In this document: in pieces, positions 27,875 to 35,829 of the stretch
How the letters are laid out: each line of letters begins with the position of its first letter
Position numbering within the stretch: the stretch's first letter is position 1
Virus record (IMG/VR): IMGVR_UViG_3300017658_000259
Span: 1 to 49,710 of that record
Reading direction: 5' to 3' (one strand)
Source of the DNA: a virus
Lineage: Duplodnaviria > Caudoviricetes
DNA length: 49,710 nt
Program-made: the position numbers and the translations under genes
Notes under the pieces: model-generated
What the model was told of the DNA's origin: nothing
Databases searched by the model: none
What the model saw: only the letters and a program-made list of their open reading frames with translations

Positions 27875-28282
27875 TCACATGGCTTCCTGTATCCGCTTCT
27901 TGTACCAATCAACGATCTGGTCGATAGGGGGCCTATCGTTGACTACCCACAGAATCATCTCTTCTATCGCGCGCCCCAGATCTTCGCCACGCTGGCTTGG
28001 CAGCAAATCATATCCGCTCTGATCTATGAGCAATAACATCAGCAGAACAGTCGTGCGCTTGTTGCCATCGACGTACCCGTGATTCCGGGCCATCGATTCG
28101 GTGAAGGCAGCAGCCTTGTCCCAGATCCGGCGATAGTATCCTGTGTAGGGTCGTCCGAGCGCCGAAAGCACCAGGCTATAATCCCGGATGCCGTCGCGCC
28201 CACCGCCGACCGATAGAGCGCGGTCGTGCGCGGATGCCGCGTCGGCCTCGGTGAGGCGATAGTGGCGCCTACTTTTTGGCAA
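27875..28282 (-). CDS. doc: Doc/Fic-family toxin
   Basis: HGYVDGNKRT Doc motif; GIRD..LV.SAL.RP. Confidence 0.9.
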   Translation of the reverse strand: MPKSRRHYRLTEADAASAHDRALSVGGGRDGIRDYSLVLSALGRPYTGYYRRIWDKAAAFTESMARNHGYVDGNKRTTVLLMLLLIDQSGYDLLPSQRGEDLGRAIEEMILWVVNDRPPIDQIVDWYKKRIQEAM

Positions 28283-28493
28283 GTCTCTCCAGCGTGCCCT
28301 TGAACCTATCCATGGCCTTGTCCATGCTGCGGACAGACTCTTTCTTCGTAGTTATTTCGCGCGCTTCGCCGTTGCCCTTCTTAACGACCCACTTTTCGGC
28401 AATCGTCTTATCGTTGCGCGTTTTCGCGAGTACAAATTGCCCGCTGACAGCGTCGCGCGAGATGCGAATCTTGCTTTGATCCTTCTTCGTCAT
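28269..28493 (-). CDS. Putative antitoxin
   Basis: Small gene overlapping the doc start; C-terminal 'MDRFKGTLERLAK' resembles Doc-neutralising helices. Confidence 0.7.
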   Translation of the reverse strand: MTKKDQSKIRISRDAVSGQFVLAKTRNDKTIAEKWVVKKGNGEAREITTKKESVRSMDKAMDRFKGTLERLAKK

Positions 28494-28715
28494 GCCGCGA
28501 CTATAGGCCATTTTTCAAAGACGTCTAATCTTGCGCGCATGCCGTCGTCGGTTCCCATGGACCACTCCTATCACTGCCAGGCCGGCACCGTGGTCGTCTC
28601 CCGGCGCAGAGCGTTGCTCATCCTCGGCCTTAAACGCGCGCCGACCGCCGCCGTTTCAGGCCCAGCACTTCTTCAGCCAGCCGATCCCGCACGGCACGAA
28701 CACCGCCAGCACCTG

Positions 28716-28982
28716 CTAGAGGCCAAGATTCTTCCGTTCCTCATCGTCCATCCGGTTGACCGCCACGGGCCACTCGAACCGGACACCAGAGTACTCGAAA
28801 TTGTGCGTCAACTCTGTCGACCCTCGCCTCGTGTAGATGTTGCCGGCGGTACCCACCATCTTTTCGAGCATCTCGCCGTCTTCGGTTGATAGTCGTATCG
28901 ACGCCGGCCCGCGAATGCCGAACTGCTGCAGTTCCCGCGAAAGTCGGGCCATCAGCGTCATCACTTTTTGATGCTGGACCAT
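28716..28982 (-). CDS. Hypothetical protein
   Basis: GGAGG RBS before MVQHQKV. Confidence 0.6.
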   Translation of the reverse strand: MVQHQKVMTLMARLSRELQQFGIRGPASIRLSTEDGEMLEKMVGTAGNIYTRRGSTELTHNFEYSGVRFEWPVAVNRMDDEERKNLGL

Positions 28983-29208
28983 CCGTGTTTCCTCCGCGTT
29001 GCCCCAGGGACCGTGATCAACACCAGCCCGGTCTAGGCTGCCGGCTTTTCCATCACGGCCACGTAAAACACCGAGCCATCTCTTTGCTTGGCTATGTCCA
29101 TCGTCTTGACGCGCCAATCGTGCGACGCGGCCACATTTAGTTGTTTTTCTAAATCGTCGGCCGAGCCGGAGTGTACCACCTTGTACTGCATCGTTCCTCC
29201 GATTCAGA

Positions 29209-29529
29209 TTAAGTCCGCCAGCCACTAGGCCCAGCGCGCACGCCCTGGATCGCCCTGTCGATGGGCACGTCGGCGCCACCGCCACCGGTAGCAACCGGCG
29301 GCGCGCCGGCCCCCGCGCTTTGCGTCGCCTTCCAATCCCGGTGCCACGCGCGCAGCCGCCCCAGGATTGCCGCCCACGCCCAGAATGAAACGCCAAACGA
29401 CATGCTGAGGCAGGCCGCGATCTCATGAATGGCGCTCTTGGCCCCCAACAGATAGCCGATGCCGAACAACACCCACAGTGCCCCGGCGCACCCGAGAAAG
29501 CTTTCCATGGCAATCCCCCCAAAGACCAC
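29209..29529 (-). CDS. Small two-TM membrane protein
   Basis: Two hydrophobic helices. Confidence 0.55.
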   Translation of the reverse strand: MVFGGIAMESFLGCAGALWVLFGIGYLLGAKSAIHEIAACLSMSFGVSFWAWAAILGRLRAWHRDWKATQSAGAGAPPVATGGGGADVPIDRAIQGVRAGPSGWRT

Positions 29530-29531
29530 CG

Positions 29532-29873
29532 CTAGGCGCGCAACCCGCCGGCCGTCGTCTCAATCCAACCGGCGTGGTCGTACCACTGCCGAACAAAGCG
29601 ACCGGCGAAGAATGGATAAATGAGCGCCGCGAGGCCGCCGGTGATGAGCGAGAAAAGCAGCCAGAACAACGCATGCTGCCACACGCCCTTATAGGCAAAA
29701 TAGAACGGCCCGAAGAGCAGGCACCAGAGCCACGAGAAGGGCGTGGAGCCCTTTTCCACACGCCCGGTGGCCGGGTTCGCGAAATACGTCGTCGGAATGC
29801 CGAATGAAACGACGATTGCCGCAAGCAACACGATGTGTGCGGCGGCCGCCACGACCGTCTGATGTGAGTTCAT
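29532..29873 (-). CDS. Membrane protein, DUF2628-like
   Basis: FSWLWCLLFGPFYFAYKG and final Y...GW motifs. Confidence 0.7.
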   Translation of the reverse strand: MNSHQTVVAAAAHIVLLAAIVVSFGIPTTYFANPATGRVEKGSTPFSWLWCLLFGPFYFAYKGVWQHALFWLLFSLITGGLAALIYPFFAGRFVRQWYDHAGWIETTAGGLRA

Positions 29874-29882
29874 CTTTTTCCC

Positions 29883-30134
29883 CTATCCCGCCAGCCAACG
29901 CGCTACGGCATACGTTCCGTACGCCAAGCCACCGAACATCGCGATGTTGAACACCAGACTGACGAAGTAGCCGCGGAACCCGACGAGCGGATCAGAAGCA
30001 GCCGGGATCATGTTCATGCCCGCCGCCAGGACTGCGATGGCTGGGCCGACCCACCACGGCCAACCAAGAAAACCGCAAGCGGCCGAAACAACCAAAGATA
30101 AAGTGACGAGCATTGTGACGCTGGATGCTGACAT
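29883..30134 (-). CDS. Small multi-TM membrane protein
   Basis: Three hydrophobic segments. Confidence 0.55.
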   Translation of the reverse strand: MSASSVTMLVTLSLVVSAACGFLGWPWWVGPAIAVLAAGMNMIPAASDPLVGFRGYFVSLVFNIAMFGGLAYGTYAVARWLAG

Positions 30135-30143
30135 CCCCGCACG

Positions 30144-30467
30144 CTATCCCTGCACAACGGAACGGACCAGCGCCGCCGCGAGGCTGTCGACGTCCGCCGG
30201 TTCGAAAACTTGGATGCTGCCGGCGCCATACCCTCGGTCGAGCCGATAGTCCTCGTTCAGCGGATAGGAGCGGCCACTGCGCATGCGCTCAATGCGGCGA
30301 TGGTACTCAAATTCGTCGCTCTGCACGCGGCACAGATCGCGTACCAGGCATCCGTCGCTGCGCGACTCACCTTTGACGCATAGCGCTCCAGGCTCGCCAG
30401 CGCGCAGGATGCAGAACACGGTACCCTCTGGCAGCGCGAGGAATTCCTGCCATGGCACGATGCGCAT
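30144..30467 (-). CDS. Phage hypothetical protein
   Basis: GGAGG RBS; MRIV..EFLALPEGTVF..LCVKG motif typical of phage proteins. Confidence 0.7.
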   Translation of the reverse strand: MRIVPWQEFLALPEGTVFCILRAGEPGALCVKGESRSDGCLVRDLCRVQSDEFEYHRRIERMRSGRSYPLNEDYRLDRGYGAGSIQVFEPADVDSLAAALVRSVVQG

Positions 30468-30480
30468 CGGGCTGCCTCCC

Positions 30481-30681
30481 CTACCGCTTCGTCCGGCGCG
30501 CTATCGCCTCGAGCAGCAGCTCGCGGATAACCGCCGTGCGATCACCCTGACCGTGCCGATCGGCAATGATGCCGTCGACGACCTGCAGTATGTCTTCGGG
30601 AAGACGAATGGCAATCTGCTTCATGGGCTGATCCCCTAATCTCGGACGCCCGACTGATCGCGTTTTGCCTCGGTTGCTCAT
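30481..30681 (-). CDS. Ribbon-helix-helix (CopG/Arc-like) regulator
   Basis: GRPR N-arm, IAIRLPEDIL beta strand, RTAVIRELL helix. Confidence 0.85.
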   Translation of the reverse strand: MSNRGKTRSVGRPRLGDQPMKQIAIRLPEDILQVVDGIIADRHGQGDRTAVIRELLLEAIARRTKR

Positions 30682-30752
30682 GCTCCAGAATTATGTATCC
30701 CGACACACCCCGTAAAATCACGAAAATGTGAGGGGATAAGAAACCGGCTTCA

Positions 30753-30781
30753 TTGAATTTCGTATCCCACCGGGATATATA
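30753..30781 (+). promoter_or_regulatory. Sigma70 promoter with a palindromic operator in the spacer
   Basis: TTGAAT-17 nt-TATATA; TATCCC-acc-GGGATA at 30763-30777. Confidence 0.7.
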
Positions 30782-30874
30782 TACTTTGTGCAAGACGCGA
30801 ACCGGCGCGGCGGCCTGATGGATGGCCACCACCGCACCGGGGAGGGGCCCACGAAGCTCCCTGTGATCGAGACG

Positions 30875-30939
30875 GACGAAGGCGAAACGGCGCGCCCAGC
30901 GCCGTCGCGGGGTCGCTCCCCGCCTGACGAGCCTTCGTC
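30875..30939 (+). ncRNA. Type II hammerhead ribozyme
   Basis: GACGAAGGC-GAAA-CGGCGC(gccca)GCGCCG-TC-GCGGGG(tcgct)CCCCGC-CTGACGA-GCCTTCGTC: complete core and three perfect stems; GUC cleavage after 30906. Confidence 0.95.
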
Positions 30940-30971
30940 AGCGTGTTAGGCTCCCATCCATGGAGAAACGC

Positions 30972-31205
30972 ATGTCGATCGACACTCTCGGCTACGTCAA
31001 GCGGCTCACGGCCGCTGGCATCGAGCAGGCAAAGGCTGAGGCGCACGCCGAAGCCCTGCGGGACCATCTCATCCCGCAGCTTGCCACGAGCCACGACCTT
31101 GAAATGCAGACGAGCCGGTTTGAGGCAATGCTCTGGAAACACACCCTGGCGATCATTGCCACGGTGCTCGCAACCGGGTCGTTCCTCCTGCGCTTCAGCC
31201 ACTAG
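30972..31205 (+). CDS. DUF1640/CCDC90-like small membrane-anchored protein
   Basis: IDTLGYVKRLTAAG..QAKAEA, LAT..DL, C-terminal TM helix; GGAG RBS. Confidence 0.8.
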   Translation: MSIDTLGYVKRLTAAGIEQAKAEAHAEALRDHLIPQLATSHDLEMQTSRFEAMLWKHTLAIIATVLATGSFLLRFSH

Positions 31206-31221
31206 GCGCTAACACCGCGAG

Positions 31222-31256
31222 CCCCCGGCGCTGCGCAAACAGCGTCGGGGGTTTTT
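31222..31256 (+). terminator. Intrinsic terminator
   Basis: CCCCCGGCGCTG-cgcaaa-CAGCGTCGGGGG-TTTTT. Confidence 0.8.
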
Positions 31257-31348
31257 CTATCCCGACACCTCGAAACGAGTTGGCCCGACACGGTGCGCAA
31301 ACACCGGCCGGGCCATTTGCGATAGCTCCCATCCAAAGGAACGATCAC

Positions 31349-32470
31349 ATGACCATCGATAACATGGGCGGCCGCTTGGCCGCAACGGTGTGCGCCTGCG
31401 CGCTCGGCGCCGGCGGCACGTCTCTGCTGTTCGGCGACGTCATCTTCGGCGCCGCCGACTTCACGCAAAAGCACTTTCAAACGGTTACCATCGTCATTGC
31501 CACGACGACGGCGTGGATGGCGACGACGACGGCCTTCAAAAGCCGCCACTGGCTCGCCGGCCTCGGCTTCCTCGTGCTGGCGCTCGCCGGCTCGGGCGTC
31601 ATCGTCTGGAACTCCCTCGGCCGTCAGACCGAGGGGCAGATGCTTTCCGCCGACGACCACGACAAGGCCGTCGAGAAGCGCGGCGAGCTCAGCCGCAAGA
31701 AGGCGGACGCCGAGCAGACGCTCAGCTCCCGCCAGAAAGAAGCCGACGCCGAATGCAAATCCGGCGAAGGCCCCAAGTGCCGCGGCGCCCGCGCCGTGGT
31801 CGATTTCTGGAACGGCAACGTCGCCGGACTGCAGGCGCAGCTCGACGCGTTGAAGGTGAAGCCGGCCGATCCCTCCGCCGAGGCGCTCGGCAACCTCGCC
31901 AACGCCATCGGCCGCAACGGCCGCAAGGCGAAGGCGCTCAGCATGCTGGTAATGCCCTACCTGATCACCATCCTGTTCGAGTTCGGGTTCACCATGGCGC
32001 TGCACTACGTGTTCCGGGCCTCGCGCCAGCCGAAGACTTCCCGTTCGGGCCAGATCGCTGCCGGTTCGGATAAGCCGGCGCTGACGCAGATCGGTCCGGT
32101 CAGCGATGCCGAACTGTCCGCCCTGCGCGAGCGGTTCGTGCTGGACAGTCCGGCGCCGGGACAGTCCGGCCGCGGCGGCCGGCTCCCCGCAGGGGAGTCG
32201 CCGCGGCCCAATAAGGATGGCGGCGTCCGGACGGTCCGGCCGAATCCGGACGGTCCGCGCCCGACGAGCGGACTGTCCAAGGGCGAGCTGCTCGAGCACG
32301 TGCTGACGGAGCTGGCGCTCGGGCGGACGGTCCCCTCGCAGCAGGCGCTCGCCGGACTGTCCGGCGCGCGCAAGCAGCGGGTGTCGGATTGGGTGCGCGA
32401 GTGGGAGGCGGACGGTCTCATCCCCGCCCGCACTGTCCGCGGGCGCTGCAAGAGCCTCGTGGCCGGCTAA
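31349..32470 (+). CDS. Multi-TM, coiled-coil protein with C-terminal HTH
   Basis: Three N-terminal TM helices, coiled coil with CxxGxGPKC, a fourth TM, then SQQALAGLSGARKQRVSDWVREWE HTH; AAAGGA RBS. Confidence 0.8.
   Translation: MTIDNMGGRLAATVCACALGAGGTSLLFGDVIFGAADFTQKHFQTVTIVIATTTAWMATTTAFKSRHWLAGLGFLVLALAGSGVIVWNSLGRQTEGQMLSADDHDKAVEKRGELSRKKADAEQTLSSRQKEADAECKSGEGPKCRGARAVVDFWNGNVAGLQAQLDALKVKPADPSAEALGNLANAIGRNGRKAKALSMLVMPYLITILFEFGFTMALHYVFRASRQPKTSRSGQIAAGSDKPALTQIGPVSDAELSALRERFVLDSPAPGQSGRGGRLPAGESPRPNKDGGVRTVRPNPDGPRPTSGLSKGELLEHVLTELALGRTVPSQQALAGLSGARKQRVSDWVREWEADGLIPARTVRGRCKSLVAG
32111..32438. repeat. Cluster of GGACNGTCC palindromes
   Basis: Perfect copies at 32143, 32159, 32229, 32248, 32270, 32325, 32354; one-mismatch copies at 32111, 32410, 32430. 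Confidence 0.9.
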
Positions 32471-32524
32471 GCGGCGTGGCGGCCGGCTCCGCGCAGCGGA
32501 GTCGCCACGCCGCACTAAAAAACG

Positions 32525-32558
32525 CCCCGGCGCTGGTGCCCCCAGCGCCGGGGTTTTT
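32525..32558 (+). terminator. Intrinsic terminator, copy 1 of a duplicated hairpin
   Basis: CCCCGGCGCTGGTGCCCCCAGCGCCGGGG-TTTTT. Confidence 0.8.
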
Positions 32559-32645
32559 CATGCGCGGGGCCGGTCTTGACTCCGGCGCGCGAAAAACTAC
32601 CTCGCCCGATGTGGTTCAACCGTCGCTGAGAAAGGAGATTCGGTC

Positions 32646-32999
32646 ATGGCGACAGCATCCTGTGTTTCCAAACCAGCCCCCTCACCGACAGCCGGCGCCT
32701 TGGCCTTTGGAGACGGACACAAGCCGCCGCGTATGCCGCGCGCCGCCAGTGGATCGTCCGGCCGGCGCTTCTGCAGGATCTACCGGGAGGACAGCCATTG
32801 GATCGTGCACCTCGCACCGGGCGCATGGCCTTCCAACAGCGCAGACGACGACTGCCGGCTGCGCTTTGAGACGCTCTCGGCTGCGATCGGGTACGCCATC
32901 GGCAAAGGCCTCAGCTATCGCGTGCTGCATGAGCCGCCCGTCACGCAGCCCATCTGGCTGTCCAAGGCCAACGCACCTCGACACGTTGACGGCCGGTGA
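32646..32999 (+). CDS. NDUFS4 (complex I 18-kDa subunit)-like protein
   Basis: CRIYR...W...RLRFETLSAAIGYAIGKGLSYRV resembles the ETC_C1_NDUFA4 family; AAGGAG RBS. Confidence 0.6.
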   Translation: MATASCVSKPAPSPTAGALAFGDGHKPPRMPRAASGSSGRRFCRIYREDSHWIVHLAPGAWPSNSADDDCRLRFETLSAAIGYAIGKGLSYRVLHEPPVTQPIWLSKANAPRHVDGR

Positions 33000-33021
33000 C
33001 GTCGCAACTCGGCGCAACCCA

Positions 33022-33054
33022 CCCGGCGCTGGTGCCCCCAGCGCCGGGGTTTTT
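33022..33054 (+). terminator. Intrinsic terminator, copy 2
   Basis: CCCGGCGCTGGTGCCCCCAGCGCCGGGG-TTTTT, identical to copy 1. Confidence 0.8.
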
Positions 33055-33191
33055 GCTTTCTCGCCGTAGTGCTAGGCTTGCGGCAGCCAAAGGCGGGACG
33101 AGAACCAAGCCTCAAACGCGAGCCAAATCTCCCACGAGAGCCATACCTGAATCGCGAAGGCGGCCCCGGCGCTTCACGGTGTCGGGGCTTT

Positions 33192-33428
33192 CTATTTCTC
33201 CGGGCTCCACAGCGCCTCCTCGCCCTCGTACAGCAGGTAGCCGTCGCGCGCCAGCGCCGCGCGCACGTCCGGCTTCAGGTTGGCGACCAGGCCGCGCCCG
33301 CCATGCCAGGGGCCACGCGAGCGGGCCGCCTGCGGCACGCCATCGAAGCCACCCTCGTAGCAGATCAAATATAGCCCGCGGTGCCGGTGCGAGCGGTTCT
33401 TCTCGTAGTGCGTCGGTTCCTTGCCCAT
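33192..33428 (-). CDS. Hypothetical protein
   Basis: 78 aa, coupled to the upstream ORF; hairpin downstream. Confidence 0.55.
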   Translation of the reverse strand: MGKEPTHYEKNRSHRHRGLYLICYEGGFDGVPQAARSRGPWHGGRGLVANLKPDVRAALARDGYLLYEGEEALWSPEK

Positions 33429-33431
33429 GGC

Positions 33432-33605
33432 CTAGCCCCAGATGAAGAAGCCGATGGCGCCGACGACGCCGGCGATGTCGGGCCGCAGCCCGGCGATGTC
33501 GACCACCGCCGTCGGCTCCCAGACGAGGCCGCCCGGCAGGTTGCTGCCGTCCTGGCGCATGGTGACCGCCACCTCGCGCCCGCGCCGGAATTCGTATGCC
33601 CGCAT
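33432..33605 (-). CDS. Hypothetical protein
   Basis: MRAYEFRRG..DGSNLP; 57 aa. Confidence 0.55.
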   Translation of the reverse strand: MRAYEFRRGREVAVTMRQDGSNLPGGLVWEPTAVVDIAGLRPDIAGVVGAIGFFIWG

Positions 33606-33622
33606 GCTGTACCCCTGATTGC

Positions 33623-33646
33623 TTGACTCGTGTTCCCCCTTTGTTC
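33623..33646 (+). promoter_or_regulatory. Alphaproteobacterial LexA (SOS) box overlapping a promoter
   Basis: -35 TTGACT at 33623; GTTC-ccccttt-GTTC at 33632-33646 (GTTC-N7-GTTC). Confidence 0.8.
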
Positions 33647-33658
33647 TACGCCCAGCGC

Positions 33659-33967
33659 ATGAGCCGGCGCAAGGGCGAGCTGACCCAACCCACAATCGAC
33701 CGCCAATGGCCGCATCAGGTGGCGATCCCGGCCGAGCTGCTGCGCGGCGCCGGCTATGTCACCGTGCATCTGTTCTGCGAAGGGCTGTCGGCGTGCCGCC
33801 GCAACGCGCGTCTGGTACGCTGCGGCCGCGAGTTCGTCGTCTTCTGCTTTGCCGAGCCCGAGCACGCCGACCGGTTCCGCGCCCGCTTTGACGGGGAGGC
33901 GATGACGCCCCAGCAACGGCGGGACCTCGACGACCGGCGCCGCAACCGCGGCATCGCCCGCCGCTAG
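33659..33967 (+). CDS. SOS-regulated hypothetical protein
   Basis: MSRRKGE..IDRQWPHQV..FCFAE..HADRFRARFDGE. Confidence 0.75.
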   Translation: MSRRKGELTQPTIDRQWPHQVAIPAELLRGAGYVTVHLFCEGLSACRRNARLVRCGREFVVFCFAEPEHADRFRARFDGEAMTPQQRRDLDDRRRNRGIARR

Positions 33968-33973
33968 CGGCCT

Positions 33974-34687
33974 TTACCGCGCGCCGCGCATCTTCTCGAA
34001 GCGCTGCCTGTTGGCGGCCTTCCACGCCGGGCACTTGGTCTTGACCCAGTCATCGCAGCGCCCAGAGCGGTAGGCGGCGTCGGTGCGCTTCGACACGATG
34101 CCCTCCAGCCCCAGCTTGCACGCGTGCGCCAGCACCACCTCGCCGTCGCCCTCGATGTGCTCGACGAACTTGATCAGCTGCGCACCGCGCGTGTTGTCGA
34201 GCAGCGCCTCGAGCACCCGTTTGCGGTCGATCAGCGCCGCGCCGCGCAAATCGAAGCCATCCAGATAGAGAAGGTCGAAGGCGTAGTAGACGAGCCGCGC
34301 CGTGACGCGGGTCGGCTTGGTGGTGATCGCCGCCGGCAGCTCGTAGAACACCGGATGCCCGCGGGCGTCGACCGCCACCAGCTCGCCGTCGAGGATGATG
34401 TTGTTGACCGGCAACGCCCGCACCGAGGCGGCAATGGTCGGCATGCGCGCCGCCCAGTCGTTGCCGCGCCGGGTGTAGACGTGCGCCGCGCCGTCGGCGA
34501 ACTGCGCCTGCGCCCGGTAGCCGTCGTGCTTGATCTCGTGCAGCCAGCCCTCGCCGCTCGGCGGAACCCTACGCTCGATGGGGTTGCACGGATCGACGAA
34601 GCCGGGGAACGGCGCCGCCTTGGCACCGTCGACGACGCGGCCGAGGAAGCGGGCCGACGAGCGATGGGTCGAGCGCCGCGGCGTCAA
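33974..34687 (-). CDS. ATP-dependent DNA ligase, adenylation domain only (LigD/LigC-like)
   Basis: EIKHDGYR, LDGELV, AFDLL, EGIVSK, WVKTK motifs; TTG start inferred. Confidence 0.9.
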   Translation of the reverse strand: MTPRRSTHRSSARFLGRVVDGAKAAPFPGFVDPCNPIERRVPPSGEGWLHEIKHDGYRAQAQFADGAAHVYTRRGNDWAARMPTIAASVRALPVNNIILDGELVAVDARGHPVFYELPAAITTKPTRVTARLVYYAFDLLYLDGFDLRGAALIDRKRVLEALLDNTRGAQLIKFVEHIEGDGEVVLAHACKLGLEGIVSKRTDAAYRSGRCDDWVKTKCPAWKAANRQRFEKMRGAR

Positions 34688-34926
34688 TGGCGCTCCCCGT
34701 CCTTGTCGACGCCGGTCTTGAAGCCGCCCGGCGGCCGCGGCGGATGATCGGCGTCGGCCTTGTTGCAGACCGGGCACGGCATCCCGGCCCCGCATTCACA
34801 GCCACGCGGCGTCGACCTGTCCCAGGGCGAGAAGGGATGGTTCTCGCACACCCAGCCGACGTCGAAACAGTTGCCGCACTTGGGGACCGGCCTCAGGTTC
34901 GGGTCGGGCCGCAGGAACTTGAACAT
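34684..34926 (-). CDS. Cys-rich zinc-binding small protein
   Basis: CxxC..WVCENH..CxCG.GMPCPVC. Confidence 0.7.
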   Translation of the reverse strand: MFKFLRPDPNLRPVPKCGNCFDVGWVCENHPFSPWDRSTPRGCECGAGMPCPVCNKADADHPPRPPGGFKTGVDKDGERH

Positions 34927-35099
34927 CGCACTGCCACTCCAGCAGCTGGTGACGCGAACCGGGTGCCGAGAACAGCACCATCAAGGCCGTCATTTTGTGT
35001 CCGCCAGCGCAACCGGGTCAACGTATTGGGCGCTATTCCTGGCTTGCGCGCGCGAGTTGCATGCGCCAAACTCCACACGGGAGTTGGGGATTTTCATGT

Positions 35100-35453
35100 A
35101 TGCGTAGTCACCTATGGGCGCTTCTCGCGCTCGGGCTCGCCGGCTGTGCCGGCCGGGCGCCAGAGTTGGTGCCGGTGGTCCAGTCTATCGATCAGCAGAT
35201 GACCTGCGACCAGATCGTCGCCGAGATCAAAGCGAACAACGCGCGCATGAGCGATCTCGCGACCGAGGAAGGCTGGAAGGTGACGCAGAACGTTGCCGCG
35301 GGCGTCGTCGGCCTGTTCATTTGGCCGGTCTGGTTCGGCATGGATTTTCAGGACGCGGCCGGAAAAGAAGGCAAGGCGCTGTCGCAGCGGAATGAATATC
35401 TGGGCGGCCTCGCGCGCGAAAGATGCGGGCATCAAACCCAGGCTTACCAATAA
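35100..35453 (+). CDS. Lipoprotein
   Basis: Lipobox LAGC, MTCDQI, internal hydrophobic segment, terminal Cys. Confidence 0.75.
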   Translation: MRSHLWALLALGLAGCAGRAPELVPVVQSIDQQMTCDQIVAEIKANNARMSDLATEEGWKVTQNVAAGVVGLFIWPVWFGMDFQDAAGKEGKALSQRNEYLGGLARERCGHQTQAYQ

Positions 35454-35499
35454 GCGAAGGCGCGGTCATCCGCGGCTTACGCGGGCAACTAGCGACCCG

Positions 35500-35829
35500 C
35501 TATCTGGCCGGCTCGTCGCCGCCGGACGGCGGAGCGGTGCTGACGCCGGCAAAGAATCGGACGTCGTCACCGATATTGTCGAGCGCCACCTTGAGGCTCG
35601 CTCGCGCCTCGGCCTCCGTACCGCCCCAGCCGACGACCGAGATCCAATAGCCGCCGTCGCCATTGATGAGCACGTAGGCGCTGACCTCCGCCTCGACGCC
35701 GCTGCCCGCCCGCGACGGCCTCACCTCCACCTCGCCGACCTCGACGGCGGGCCCCAGGTACGGCCTGCGCGGCCCCATCTCCCGCTCGCGCCGGTATCTC
35801 GTCAGGTCGATGGGCTCGTTGTCTGCCAT
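35500..35829 (-). CDS. Hypothetical protein
   Basis: MADNEPIDLTRYR; overlaps the SRAP stop. Confidence 0.6.
   Translation of the reverse strand: MADNEPIDLTRYRREREMGPRRPYLGPAVEVGEVEVRPSRAGSGVEAEVSAYVLINGDGGYWISVVGWGGTEAEARASLKVALDNIGDDVRFFAGVSTAPPSGGDEPAR

Noticed and set aside
34956-34973. GAAC...GAAC as a LexA box
   Set aside because: Spacer is 10 nt, not 7
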